Shown: positions 20,675-30,596 of the stretch, in pieces | Layout of the letters: the number at the start of each line of letters is the position of its first letter | Position numbering within the stretch: position 1 is the stretch's first letter | Assembly (NCBI GenBank): GCA_949282555.1 | Contig: CASDPK010000011.1 | Span: forward strand, 2,896 to 66,895 | Direction: 5' to 3' | Source of the DNA: an uncultured Lentisphaeraceae bacterium | GTDB taxonomy: Bacteria; Verrucomicrobiota; Kiritimatiellia; RFP12; DVOR01 | DNA length: 64,000 nucleotides | Notes under the pieces: model-generated | Seen by the model: only the letters and a program-made list of their open reading frames with translations | Database searches by the model: none | What the model was told of the DNA's origin: nothing | Program-made: the position numbers and the translations under genes

Positions 20675-21783
20675 GCATTCTTTTCCGCTACGTGCTCCGG
20701 GGATTTGCGGTTCCGGCAGGGCTGTGCCTTGCGGGATTGTGCTCGCTGACGTTGCTCTTCATGAGCTTCGATCTTATTGGGGCGTGCTTTGATCCCAAGG
20801 CGAATGTGACGCTGCGTTCGGCGCTCGATTTCCTTGGCGGCACGCTTTCGGCCTATCTGGAATGGCTTTTGCCGGCGGTTTTCCTTTTGGCCACGCTTTA
20901 CACGATGTGGCAGTTCTGTCGCCATGGGGAATTGATTGCCATGCGCGCCAGCGGCATTGGGATGGCGACGGTGGTCATGCCGATCTTGCTGACGGCCTTG
21001 GTGGCCGCGGGGCTTTCCTTCGCCAACACGGAATTGATCAAGCCTACGGCGGCGGCCCGGGCAAGGGCCATCAAGGATTCGGACTTCCGGCTTTCCGGCC
21101 GTGAACCGTTCCGCGGCGTGGGATATGCCGCGCCGGGCAATGTGCGCGTGTGGGTGATTGGGGAACTGGACCCCGCCGTGCCCGAGACCCTGCGTGACGT
21201 CCGCGTGACCTTCAACCGTCCGGACGGATCGAAGCGTGTGACGTACGAGGCGCCGACCGCGCGTTGGCTGGACGGGGCTTGGTGGCTCCAAGGCGGCGTT
21301 CGCGCGACGTTCTACGATGAGCTTGACACCGTGGTCGCCCCGCCGGAAGGGGTGCCCGCCGAGACGCCGGTCAAGCCGCTTTACGAAGCCACGGAGACGC
21401 CGCGTCAGATCCGGGCGCAGAACATGGATGCCGAATTGGCCTCCGCGGCGGATCGCAAGGTCAACCGAAAGACCCGTGATCAGGCGGGGCTTACGACGCG
21501 GCAAAAGCACGAGGATTCCTACGCCACCTACAACCATTATGCCGCGCCGGTCTCCATTCTGCTGGTGACACTCTTTGCGATCCCGGCGGGCATCGCTTCG
21601 GGACGGCAGTCGGTGTTCCGCGGGATTCTCCTCGCCTTGGGGCTCTTTTTGGCCTACTACGCCATCACGGCGCTTTCCATGCTGTTGGCGAACCACGGCA
21701 TTGTCAAGCCGGCGTTGGCGGTTGCCTTGCCTTCGATTGTGTTTGGCGCGGCCTCGTTTGGGCTGTTCCGCCGGTTGCGATGA
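20671..21783 (+). CDS. LptF/LptG-family permease (YjgP/YjgQ)
   Basis: GTG start overlaps the upstream stop (GTGA). MSILFRYVLR N-terminus, six TM helices and a periplasmic beta-jellyroll insert typical of LptF/G. Confidence 0.7.
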   Translation: MSILFRYVLRGFAVPAGLCLAGLCSLTLLFMSFDLIGACFDPKANVTLRSALDFLGGTLSAYLEWLLPAVFLLATLYTMWQFCRHGELIAMRASGIGMATVVMPILLTALVAAGLSFANTELIKPTAAARARAIKDSDFRLSGREPFRGVGYAAPGNVRVWVIGELDPAVPETLRDVRVTFNRPDGSKRVTYEAPTARWLDGAWWLQGGVRATFYDELDTVVAPPEGVPAETPVKPLYEATETPRQIRAQNMDAELASAADRKVNRKTRDQAGLTTRQKHEDSYATYNHYAAPVSILLVTLFAIPAGIASGRQSVFRGILLALGLFLAYYAITALSMLLANHGIVKPALAVALPSIVFGAASFGLFRRLR

Positions 21784-21796
21784 GGGAAACAATATC

Positions 21797-22510
21797 ATGA
21801 CAGAACGCCGCGCCACCATGAAGGGGATTCCCGGGGATGCCGCCCGCCGCAGGGGCATCCGCCGCGTATTGATCCCACTGCTGTGTTTTGGGGTCCTGTT
21901 TGGCCTTGGGCTGGGAGTCTGCGCCGGCGCCGTTGGGCTTCTGCCCGCGGTGGCGGGGGTGGTGTTGCTGGTACTCGCGGTGGTGGGGCTGACGGTGTAT
22001 TGCCGTCGGCAACCGGCGTTGGTTTATGGGTATTTCAAGGGCGCGCGCGGCGAAGAGATGGTCGCCGGGGAATTGGCGCGCCTGGGCTCGGAATGGACGG
22101 TCTTCAATGGACTTTTGCTCCCCGATGGGCAAGACATCGATCATGTGGCCGTGGGGCCGCAGGGCCTTTTCGTGATCGAGACAAAGCATTGGAGCGGGTC
22201 CGTGACGGTGGAGGGAGGGGAAGTGCTGGCCAACGGTCGGCCGCTCCGCCGTTCTCCGGTGGCGCAGGTTCGCCGTTCCATGGGGGCGGTCTCCGCGGTG
22301 GCCGCCGTCCCCGAGGGGACCTTGCATGGCGTGCTTTGCTTCGCAGGAAGGCAGTTCCCCGAGGGGGCCGCACGTGCCGACGAGGTGCTTGTTTGTTCTC
22401 ATTTGGGCTTGGTGGATGCTTTGACCTCCGGCCCAATCGTGTTTGATGCCGCCGCGCTTGCGCGCATGGTTGCCCGGTTGGGCGCGTTTACCGTTACCGA
22501 AGGACTCTGA
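21797..22510 (+). CDS. NERD-domain nuclease-related protein, membrane anchored
   Basis: Two N-terminal TM helices, then GEEMVAGEL...DIDHVAVGPQGLFVIETKHWSG, a NERD (PD-(D/E)xK-like) signature. Confidence 0.65.
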   Translation: MTERRATMKGIPGDAARRRGIRRVLIPLLCFGVLFGLGLGVCAGAVGLLPAVAGVVLLVLAVVGLTVYCRRQPALVYGYFKGARGEEMVAGELARLGSEWTVFNGLLLPDGQDIDHVAVGPQGLFVIETKHWSGSVTVEGGEVLANGRPLRRSPVAQVRRSMGAVSAVAAVPEGTLHGVLCFAGRQFPEGAARADEVLVCSHLGLVDALTSGPIVFDAAALARMVARLGAFTVTEGL

Positions 22511-22511
22511 G

Positions 22512-24659
22512 ATGATGCGTTTCACGTTTTTGCTTTCCTTGCTTCTGACTGTTTCGGCGGCCTACGCCAAACCCAAGGCGGTCGAGCCGGAGCCGGTCTA
22601 TCCTGAGATTGCCCGCCGCGTGGTGACCCAGCTGGGGGCGACACACCTTTCGGGCGAACGCTTCGACGACCGCCTCTCGGCCGTGGCGTGGACGAACTTG
22701 GTGGATGCGCTCGACTTTGACCGCACGTTGCTCACGCAAGAGGATTTGCGCCGTCTGGAGGCGCAACGCGGACGGATTGACGACATGCTTGCCGAGGGCG
22801 ACCTTTCGTTTGGGTATGACCTGATGCAATTGGTGCGCGAGCGTTTGGAGGCGCGTTGCGATTACGCCGAAGAGGTGCTCAAAGAGCCCAATCCCTTTGA
22901 CTTTTCCAAAGACGAGCAGTTTGTTTGGAAACGCCGCAAGGCCGAGCGTCCCGCCAATGCCGAGGAGCAGCGGGCCCTTTGGCGCGCCGCGCTCAAAAAT
23001 GAGTGGCTCGCCCTCCTGCTGACCAAGGAGTTGGACGCCGAGGAGGCGAAAGACGCCAAGCCTTCGGAAGAGGAAGAGAAGGATGAGGAACCCGCTTACG
23101 ATGAGGATGAGGACCTCAAACTCCCCGTCCCGGAGATCATTGCCAAGCGTTATCGCACCCTGCGCGACGCCTACAGGGAGATGGATTCCGAGACGGTGCT
23201 CCAGCGCTATCTCTCCGCGGTGGCGAATGCCTACGATCCGCACACGGACTACATGAGCCCGATGAATTTCGAAGACTTCAACATGGAGATGAATCTCACG
23301 CTTTGCGGCATCGGGGCCACGTTGCGTTACGACGATGGATTGGTGCGTGTGGCTGAGTTGATGCCGGGGGCGCCCGCCGCCCGTGACACGCGCGAAATCC
23401 GTTTGCGTGAGGGCGATCGCATCATTGGCGTGGGGCAGGGCGATGGGCCGATTGAGGATATCCGCCACAAGCCGCTTTCGCGCACCGTGCGCAAGATCCG
23501 CGGCCCCAAGGGCTCCAAGGTCGTGCTCAAGGTCATTCCCGTCTCCGACAAATCCGGCACACGGACAAAGCTGGTGGATTTGGTGCGCGACGAAATCAAG
23601 CTGGAGGAGCAGGCCGTCACCGGTCGGGTCGATCGCCTCACGTTGCCGGGGGGCGATGAGCGCCGTTTTGGCTATGTGCGCATTCCCACCTTCTATGCCG
23701 GGGCCGTGGGGGGCCAGGGTGGGGCGGATGCCCGCTCGATGACGCGCGACTTGCTCCGCTACATCCAGAGCTTCAACGCCGACCATGTGGATGGGCTGGT
23801 GGTCGATCTTCGGAACAATGGCGGCGGTTCGTTGCTGGAGGCGCTTGCCATGAATGCGCTCTTTGTGAACGGGCCGGTGGTGCAGGTGCGTGACGCACGC
23901 ACGGTGCAGGTGCTCCCGGGGCAGGGACGGGTGGCCTTCCGCAAGCCGATGGTGGTGCTGGTGAACAGAAATTCCGCCTCGGCCTCCGAGATTGTGGCTT
24001 CGGCCTTGCAGGACTATGGCCGGGCGATCATCATCGGTGATTCCAAGACCCACGGCAAAGGGACCGTACAGTCGGTTCAGGGGTTGGGGGACAACACGGT
24101 CTACGGCGCGAACCGTATCACGACCGCCTGTTTCTACCGTCTCAACGGCGGCACGACGCAGCTCCGGGGGGTGGTGCCTGATTTGGTGATCCCCTCCATC
24201 TATGATGCCCTTGAACTCGGAGAGGATCAGCTTCCCGGGGCTTTGCCCTACACGGAGATCAAGCCGGCTTACTATGCCAAGACCTCCGACCTTGCGCCGT
24301 TCTTGCCGCGGTTGCGCGCCAATTCCGAGCGTCGCCTTGCCAAGGATCCCCAATATGTTGCCGCCAAGCAACTGGTCGACCACGTCCGCAAGGCCAATGC
24401 CGAAAAGACCGTTCCCCTCCGTCTTGACACGCGCCGCGAGCGGATGCGTGCCGAGCGGGCGATGCAGAAACTTCAGGATGAGGCGCTGAGCGGCCCCGCC
24501 AAGGCCAAGAAGCAGGGGCCCACGGTGGAGAACGATCCCGTGCTTCGCGAGGCCTTCAACGTCTTGGCGGACTATATCGAGTTGCGCGGCGGCCCGGATG
24601 AACCGATCAACACCGAGGGAAATCTCGGGAACCGCCTGTTCAACATCTTTGGTCTCTGA
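22512..24659 (+). CDS. prc: carboxy-terminal processing protease (S41, Prc/tail-specific protease)
   Basis: Signal peptide, PDZ region and the S41 catalytic segment (VVDLRNNGGGS...). Confidence 0.85.
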   Translation: MMRFTFLLSLLLTVSAAYAKPKAVEPEPVYPEIARRVVTQLGATHLSGERFDDRLSAVAWTNLVDALDFDRTLLTQEDLRRLEAQRGRIDDMLAEGDLSFGYDLMQLVRERLEARCDYAEEVLKEPNPFDFSKDEQFVWKRRKAERPANAEEQRALWRAALKNEWLALLLTKELDAEEAKDAKPSEEEEKDEEPAYDEDEDLKLPVPEIIAKRYRTLRDAYREMDSETVLQRYLSAVANAYDPHTDYMSPMNFEDFNMEMNLTLCGIGATLRYDDGLVRVAELMPGAPAARDTREIRLREGDRIIGVGQGDGPIEDIRHKPLSRTVRKIRGPKGSKVVLKVIPVSDKSGTRTKLVDLVRDEIKLEEQAVTGRVDRLTLPGGDERRFGYVRIPTFYAGAVGGQGGADARSMTRDLLRYIQSFNADHVDGLVVDLRNNGGGSLLEALAMNALFVNGPVVQVRDARTVQVLPGQGRVAFRKPMVVLVNRNSASASEIVASALQDYGRAIIIGDSKTHGKGTVQSVQGLGDNTVYGANRITTACFYRLNGGTTQLRGVVPDLVIPSIYDALELGEDQLPGALPYTEIKPAYYAKTSDLAPFLPRLRANSERRLAKDPQYVAAKQLVDHVRKANAEKTVPLRLDTRRERMRAERAMQKLQDEALSGPAKAKKQGPTVENDPVLREAFNVLADYIELRGGPDEPINTEGNLGNRLFNIFGL

Positions 24660-24660
24660 G

Positions 24661-26613
24661 GTGGGGCACGCGTCGTCACACGCTTCCGAGAAATCCACCG
24701 CGGAGCCTCGCGATGGCGCGGGCTCCGTGTGCCCTGGAGAGCTGTGGCGGGGGGCTTCGTCGCCATTGATTCCCGAGACGGAAGAGACGGTTTGGCTGTC
24801 GCGGATCTCTTCCCCCGCCGATGTCCGTGCGATGCCGGCGGAGGCGCTTCCTTGTTTGGCGAGAGAGATTCGGGAGCGCATGGTTTCCGTGGTTTCCCGC
24901 ACCGGTGGGCACCTTGCGCCGAGCCTTGGCGTTGTGGAGTTGACGATTGCGCTTTGTCGGGTCTTCAATTTTCCCGCGGACAAGGTGGTGTGGGATGTTG
25001 GGCATCAGACGTATGCTTGGAAGATGCTCACGGGCCGCGACAATCGCATGGGGACTTTGCGGCAGTTTGGGGGCTTGCGCGGGTTTACCAGTCCCGAGGA
25101 ATCCCCTTATGATGCCACGGTCGCCGGCCATGCCGGCGTCGCGCTTTCGTCGGCCCTTGGCATGGCGGCGGCGCGGGATGCGCGTGGCGGGGCGGAGCAC
25201 ATCGTGGCGGTGGTTGGCGACGCCTCCCTTACCAATGGGATCTCGCTGGAGGCCGTGAATGCCGTCCGCCACACCACGGAACGTCTCATCCTTGTGATCA
25301 ACGACAATGGCATGAGCATTTCGCGCAATGTCGGTGCGTTCGCCCGGCTCTTTGCCCGCCGTTTGGCCGGATTGCGTTACAACCGCATCCGTGCCGCCGC
25401 AGAGGCCGCGGGGCACCGTCTGCGCCTTAGTCGCCTCAAGGCGCTCTATCGCGGACTCAAGGGTGCGCTCAAGCCGCTCTTGTTGCGCCAACGGTCTGCG
25501 GTGTTTGAGGAGCTTGGGTTTCGGTACATCGGCCCCATTGATGGGCACGATATCCTCGCCTTGTGCGATGCGTTGCGTGCCGCGGCCGAGGGCCACGTGC
25601 CGGTGGCATTGCACATCGCTACCGTCAAGGGAAAGGGATATCCGCCTGCGGAGCGCAATCCTTCCAAATGGCATGGCGTCGCGCCTTGGCATTGCCCGGC
25701 TTCCCCCTCCGCGGCCAAGGGCGACCCTGCGGCTCAGCCGGCGGAATCTTTCAGTGAGGCCTTCGGGGAGGCGTTGTGCGCACTGGCTGAGCGCGATCCG
25801 CGCGTCGTCGCCGTGACGGCCGCGATGCGCGATGGGACGGGCCTTGCGGAGTTCTTCCGCCGCTTCCCCGGACGGGCCTATGACGTGGGCATTTGTGAAG
25901 AGCACGCCGTCGTTTTCGCCGCGGGGTTGGCCGCCGCGGGGTTGCGCCCCTTTGTGGCCGTTTACTCGACCTTTGCCCAACGGGCGGTTGATTGCCTCAT
26001 GCACGACGTTTGCCTGCCGCGTTTGCCCGTGGTGCTGTGCCTTGACCGCGCCGGGGCCGTCGGGGCGGATGGCCCCACCCACCATGGACTGTATGATCTT
26101 GCGATGTGCCGTGCGTTGCCGGGGCTGACGGTGCGTGCGCCGCTTGGGCGAGAGAGCTTGAAAACCGCGCTTGCGGAGGCGTTGGCCTCCGATGGCCCGA
26201 CGCTGATCCGTTATCCGCGCGGGGCGGTTCCGGCAGTGGAGCCTCCTCCCGCTTCGGCCGTGCCTTCGGGTGAGGGGCCGGTGTTGGTGGCGTTGGGACA
26301 CGCGGCGGTGTGGGCGGCGCCCGTCGCCGAGGCGTTGGGGATGCCGTCGCTGGCGGTTGATGCCGTCAAGCCTCTTCCGCCGGTGGTGAAGGCGTTGGAA
26401 GGGCGTCCGGTGGTGACGTTGGAGGATGCCGCCGCGCAGGGAGGCTTTGGTTCTGCCGTGGCGGAAATCCATCGAGGGCCGTTGCTGACGCTTGGGTGGC
26501 CCGATCGCTTTGTCCCGCAGGGAACGGACGATGAGCTCCGCGCGTGGGGTTCCCTCGACACGGAGAGTCTCATCCGTCGTATTCGTGCGTGGCGGGAGGC
26601 GTGCCGTGTCTGA
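24661..26613 (+). CDS. dxs: 1-deoxy-D-xylulose-5-phosphate synthase
   Basis: Colinear with DXS (GHLAPSLGVVELTIAL, VWDVGHQTYAWK, TPP-binding GDASLTNG). Start uncertain: GTG at 24661 or a downstream TTG. Confidence 0.9.
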   Translation: MGHASSHASEKSTAEPRDGAGSVCPGELWRGASSPLIPETEETVWLSRISSPADVRAMPAEALPCLAREIRERMVSVVSRTGGHLAPSLGVVELTIALCRVFNFPADKVVWDVGHQTYAWKMLTGRDNRMGTLRQFGGLRGFTSPEESPYDATVAGHAGVALSSALGMAAARDARGGAEHIVAVVGDASLTNGISLEAVNAVRHTTERLILVINDNGMSISRNVGAFARLFARRLAGLRYNRIRAAAEAAGHRLRLSRLKALYRGLKGALKPLLLRQRSAVFEELGFRYIGPIDGHDILALCDALRAAAEGHVPVALHIATVKGKGYPPAERNPSKWHGVAPWHCPASPSAAKGDPAAQPAESFSEAFGEALCALAERDPRVVAVTAAMRDGTGLAEFFRRFPGRAYDVGICEEHAVVFAAGLAAAGLRPFVAVYSTFAQRAVDCLMHDVCLPRLPVVLCLDRAGAVGADGPTHHGLYDLAMCRALPGLTVRAPLGRESLKTALAEALASDGPTLIRYPRGAVPAVEPPPASAVPSGEGPVLVALGHAAVWAAPVAEALGMPSLAVDAVKPLPPVVKALEGRPVVTLEDAAAQGGFGSAVAEIHRGPLLTLGWPDRFVPQGTDDELRAWGSLDTESLIRRIRAWREACRV

Positions 26614-28495
26614 CGCTGACGGTGTCGTTCCCAAGGCTGTGCGCGCCCCGGTGCGTGTGTTGCCGGAGACGGTGGCCAATCAAATCGCCGCCGGAGAGGT
26701 GGTGGAGCGTCCGGCCTCGGTGGTGAAGGAACTGGTGGAGAACGCGCTCGATGCCGGGGCGACACGCATTGACGTTGCGGTGGAGGGCGGCGGCGCCAAG
26801 GCCGTGATCGTGGACGACAACGGTTGCGGCATGGGGCGGGAAGACGCTTTGGCCTGTTTGGAGCGGCAGGCGACCAGCAAGATCGCGACGTCGGCCGACA
26901 TCGAACGCATTGCGACCTTTGGGTTTCGCGGGGAGGCCATTCCCTCCATCGCCAGTGTTTCCCGGTTTGCGCTTGTGACACGGCCGGCGGAGGAGGATGC
27001 CGCAACGGAACTCACGGTGGTGGGGGGGACGTTGGAGCACGTGAGCGCGGCGGGGCATCCGGTGGGCACCACGGTTTCCGTGCGTGACCTCTTCTTCAAC
27101 GTCCCCGCCCGCCGTAAGTTCCTAAGGGCCGCGGCCACGGAGTTGGCGCGTATCCGCGCCACGCTTTCGGCCATAGCGTTGGCGCACCCGGAGATCGCCT
27201 TTCGGTTGCGTTCGGAGGGACGGGATCTCTTTCGATTGCCGGAAGGGGACACGTTGGAGGATCGTGTGCGGGTCCTTCTCGGCGAGCCGACGGCCGAAGC
27301 GCTCCTGCCTGTGGATCATGAGCAGGCCGGCGTGCATGTGCATGGCTACGTGTCGCAACCGACGTTCGTTCGTGGCGGCACACCGGAGCAGTATGTTTTT
27401 GTGAACCGTCGCCCCGCAACCGCCCCTCAGATCCAATATGCCCTTCGGGAGGCGTGGCCCGTGAAGGAGCGCCGGCCCGTGGCGGTTCTCTTTGTGGATC
27501 TTCCGCCGGAGGAGGTGGATGTCAATGTTCACCCCGCCAAGCGAGAGGTGCGTTTCCGCCATGGCAACCGCGTCATTGAGGCGGTCTGCTCTGCGATTGT
27601 CGGGGCGCTTGAGGCCGTGGGGGGCCATCGTGCGGAGGATGCGGGGCGATGCCCCAGCCCTTCGGAGGCTGTGCCGCCATTGAGCGTTCAGCCATTGGCG
27701 AAGCCACAAGCGCCGTCGGTTGCGCCTTCTCTTGCGCCGCTTTCGCCCATCGCGCCTTTGCCGACGCCGCAAGCGCCGCCGGCGCGTCAGGAGACGTTGC
27801 CGCTCCCGACGGCGCCCTTGGCCTATCCCGTCCTGCGCGATCTTCCGCCCGCCACGCCGGAACCTTTGGTGCCTCCGCCCCCGCCGACGACCTCAGAGGA
27901 GAAGCGTGCGTCGGTCTTGCCGTGGCAATGGTTGCGCGTGGCCGATGTGTTGGAGCCGGGGTATTGGCTGGTTGTGACGGATCAGGGCTATGTCACGGTG
28001 GATGCCAAGGCGGCGCTTGAGCGGATTCTCTATGAGCGTTTTGCGCCTGCGGCGGAGACGGTGGCGTCTCAGCCGCTGTTGCTCCCCGAGACGCTCCGTC
28101 TCCCTCCGGCCGATGCGGAGCGTGTGACGCGATTCCTGCCTGAGCTGGAGGCGTGTGGCTTTGGCGTGAGTGCCTTCGGGCCGGACACCTTTCTGATTGA
28201 TGCCTTGCCGGTGGCTTTGGCGGAACTCTCGCCCAAAGAAATGTTGGCCGAAATCGCCGCGGAGTTGGACCGGACCGGAGTCCGCAAAGGGCTGGATGCC
28301 TGGCGTCGGGAGGTGGTTGCCCGGGCCGCCGCCAAAGCGGCTTGTGGGGCGTTCCACGCCAACGACATCGCTTCCGCCGAGCGACTCATGGCGCAACTTG
28401 CCCGTTGTGCCATGCCCTATGTGACGCCCCGTGGCCGTCCGGTCATGATTCTGACCTCCTATCGCGAGCTTGCGCGCCGTTTCCGGCGCGAATGA
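26606..28495 (+). CDS. mutL: DNA mismatch repair protein MutL
   Basis: GHKL ATPase N-terminus (VANQIAAGEVVERPASVVKELVENALDAGAT) and a C-terminal dimerisation domain. Putative GTG start overlaps the dxs stop. Confidence 0.9.
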   Translation: MSDADGVVPKAVRAPVRVLPETVANQIAAGEVVERPASVVKELVENALDAGATRIDVAVEGGGAKAVIVDDNGCGMGREDALACLERQATSKIATSADIERIATFGFRGEAIPSIASVSRFALVTRPAEEDAATELTVVGGTLEHVSAAGHPVGTTVSVRDLFFNVPARRKFLRAAATELARIRATLSAIALAHPEIAFRLRSEGRDLFRLPEGDTLEDRVRVLLGEPTAEALLPVDHEQAGVHVHGYVSQPTFVRGGTPEQYVFVNRRPATAPQIQYALREAWPVKERRPVAVLFVDLPPEEVDVNVHPAKREVRFRHGNRVIEAVCSAIVGALEAVGGHRAEDAGRCPSPSEAVPPLSVQPLAKPQAPSVAPSLAPLSPIAPLPTPQAPPARQETLPLPTAPLAYPVLRDLPPATPEPLVPPPPPTTSEEKRASVLPWQWLRVADVLEPGYWLVVTDQGYVTVDAKAALERILYERFAPAAETVASQPLLLPETLRLPPADAERVTRFLPELEACGFGVSAFGPDTFLIDALPVALAELSPKEMLAEIAAELDRTGVRKGLDAWRREVVARAAAKAACGAFHANDIASAERLMAQLARCAMPYVTPRGRPVMILTSYRELARRFRRE

Positions 28496-28565
28496 CGTGT
28501 TTCTGAATCCTCTTAAAGTGTCTTGACTTGGAGTTCGCTCCAATGCGTATCATGGTGTCGTTGTT

Positions 28566-29201
28566 TTGGAGAAAGGACACACCATGGATTGGATCAATCG
28601 TAGAAGTTTCCTCACGCATTCGTTGACCTTTGCGGCGGGAGTCTCGCTTGTGGGATGTTCACGGGCCGATGAGATTCCCCCTGCGAGGGAGAAACCGTCT
28701 GACACACAAGGAAAGGTTGCAGGAATGAAACCGTTGATCGTCTACTATTCTTGGAGCGGCAACACGCGTGCACTGGCCCGGCATCTTGCCTCGGCCACCG
28801 GCGGGACGCTCTTTGAACTCGCCCCCAAAACGCCCTATCCCTCGGCCTATCACGCATGCACCGAGCAGGCAAAGAAAGACATCGCCTCAGGTTTTCGGCC
28901 TGCGCTTGAATCGCTTCCCGATCTTTCCGCCGTTGATACCGTGTTGGTCGGTTCGCCCAATTGGTGGGGAACGGTGGCGCCACCGGTCAGCACGTTCCTT
29001 GAAAACGCGGCCTTGAAAGGGAAAAAGGTTGCCCTTTTCGTCACGCATGGCGGAGGAGGCCTGCAACGTTGCGAACAGGATTTTCGCAAACAATGCAAGG
29101 GGGAACCTCTTGGGCGTGCGTTGGCGGTGAGTGGCTCCCGTGCCGCACGAGCGTCGGATGAGGCGCAACGATGGCTCAAAACGCTCGAACTGATACAGTG
29201 A
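28566..29201 (+). CDS. flavodoxin-like protein with Tat signal
   Basis: RRSFL twin-arginine motif and a flavodoxin_4-like core (LIVYYSWSGNTRALA...VLVGSPNWWGT). Confidence 0.65.
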   Translation: MEKGHTMDWINRRSFLTHSLTFAAGVSLVGCSRADEIPPAREKPSDTQGKVAGMKPLIVYYSWSGNTRALARHLASATGGTLFELAPKTPYPSAYHACTEQAKKDIASGFRPALESLPDLSAVDTVLVGSPNWWGTVAPPVSTFLENAALKGKKVALFVTHGGGGLQRCEQDFRKQCKGEPLGRALAVSGSRAARASDEAQRWLKTLELIQ

Positions 29202-29214
29202 TTCGGTTCTCCTG

Positions 29215-29248
29215 TTGGGTGCGACTTTTTGTCGCACCCAACGTTTTC
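29215..29248 (+). terminator. rho-independent terminator
   Basis: ttgggtgcgac-ttttt-gtcgcacccaa hairpin followed by cgtttt. Confidence 0.6.
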
Positions 29249-29251
29249 CGC

Positions 29252-29280
29252 TTGCGGGTTTTGGAATTGGGTCGTATAAT
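29252..29280 (+). promoter_or_regulatory. sigma70-like promoter
   Basis: TTGCGG, 17 nt spacer, TATAAT upstream of the lipoprotein gene. Confidence 0.5.
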
Positions 29281-29344
29281 GGCCAGAGTATGTTTGGAAT
29301 GGGGGCGTGACTCCCCTGAACGAACGAGAAAGGAAACGTCAGGT

Positions 29345-30058
29345 ATGAATACAGTGACAGCAGTGCGCTTTGGTGCGATGGCCGTGATGGCCGCTACGGT
29401 GATTGGATTTTCTGCGGGCTGCAGTGGCTCCGCACAGTGCAATAAACAGGAGATCGTTCAAGTGAACAACGCTGATTTCTACAAAGACGGGAAGTTTGAT
29501 GCCGAGAAGGGCAAGCAGGCTTACTTCGAGATGATGAAGAAGCTGGGAGCCCCGGTTTACAAGCGCTACATTGAAGAGCCTGGATTCTTCTGGGCGGTCG
29601 ATTTCGCCCAGGGTGACTTCGCGGCCTTCGGCATGGGCGGAGTCTTTTGGGTGAATGATCGCGACAAGCAGTACTTCGCCCATGAGATCTTCCTGCTTCC
29701 CGGCCAGTCCATCGCCGAGCACCGCCATCTGCCCACGGTTGATGCCAAGGGGCCCTTGCAGTGCAAGCATGAGCGCTGGCAGGTCCGTTATGGCTCGGTT
29801 TACGGCTTCAGCGAGGTGGGCGAGCCCAACCTCGACAAGTTCCCCGAGGCCAAGGCCATGCTGGCCAAGTGCCAGGTGCCTCACCTCAACAGCGTCCACG
29901 TGGAAAAGTGGGAAGCCGATGGTCAGGTTCATCCCCTTCCCAAGGATGAGACGTGGCACTTCATGATGGGCGGCCCGGAGGGCGCGGTGGTCTCCGAATA
30001 TGCCACCTACCATGACGGCAACGGCCTGCGCTTCAGCTGCCCGAACGTTGCGTTCTAA
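29345..30058 (+). CDS. lipoprotein, cupin-like, function unknown
   Basis: Lipobox (FSAGC). His-rich segment HEIFLLPGQSIAEHRH that looks like a cupin metal site. Confidence 0.4.
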   Translation: MNTVTAVRFGAMAVMAATVIGFSAGCSGSAQCNKQEIVQVNNADFYKDGKFDAEKGKQAYFEMMKKLGAPVYKRYIEEPGFFWAVDFAQGDFAAFGMGGVFWVNDRDKQYFAHEIFLLPGQSIAEHRHLPTVDAKGPLQCKHERWQVRYGSVYGFSEVGEPNLDKFPEAKAMLAKCQVPHLNSVHVEKWEADGQVHPLPKDETWHFMMGGPEGAVVSEYATYHDGNGLRFSCPNVAF

Positions 30059-30126
30059 TGTTTTCCGCGCGGCGGGGGCGTGCTCCCGTCGCGTATTTTC
30101 TTCTTCTCACACGAAAGGATTTTGCC

Positions 30127-30438
30127 ATGAAGTATCTGCACACCGGAATGATTGTCGGCGAGAAGTTGCCCGATATGGTGTTCATGGAGCCCCTCAAGGT
30201 CTGGGTGACCGATGCCTCCAAAGATAAGTATTCCATTGAATTCCTCTACTTTGAGGTCGATTCCCCGATGGCCGCCGCCATCCAGGAACAGCCCCATGTG
30301 GCCTATGAGGTTGAGGATATTGATGCCGCCCTCGAAGGGAAGTCGATCCTTTGGCAGAAGATGGACGTGGGCAACGCCTACATCGCCTTCGTCTATGACA
30401 ATGACACCGTCGTTGAGTTCTATCAGCCCAAGAAGTGA
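30127..30438 (+). CDS. small hypothetical protein (possible VOC/glyoxalase-fold)
   Basis: 103-aa ORF with strong coding bias. Weak VOC-like pattern only. Confidence 0.3.
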   Translation: MKYLHTGMIVGEKLPDMVFMEPLKVWVTDASKDKYSIEFLYFEVDSPMAAAIQEQPHVAYEVEDIDAALEGKSILWQKMDVGNAYIAFVYDNDTVVEFYQPKK

Positions 30439-30596
30439 TGCCTTGCGGCGCCATCGCCAAAGGTGACGCACATTATCCCGGCCTCGTTGCGGGAATGCTT
30501 CCGCGGGAGGTCGGGGGCGGTCGCGGGTTGGTGCCCCTCACGTTCATTTGAGTTTGCGTTCTTCGATAATCCACGTTCTTTTCAAGGAGTCCTCTC

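Noticed and set aside
13913-26679. Long antisense ORFs (13913..14941, 15829..16845, 15987..17147, 16873..18162, 17643..18908, 19004..20296, 20533..21858, 22494..24983, 24676..26679)
   Set aside because: Each lies opposite a well-supported gene (lpxL-like, coaC, mcsA/mcsB-like, AI-2E transporter, lptF/G-family permease, prc, dxs). The translations are Arg/Pro/His-rich low-complexity sequence, which is a high-GC artefact.
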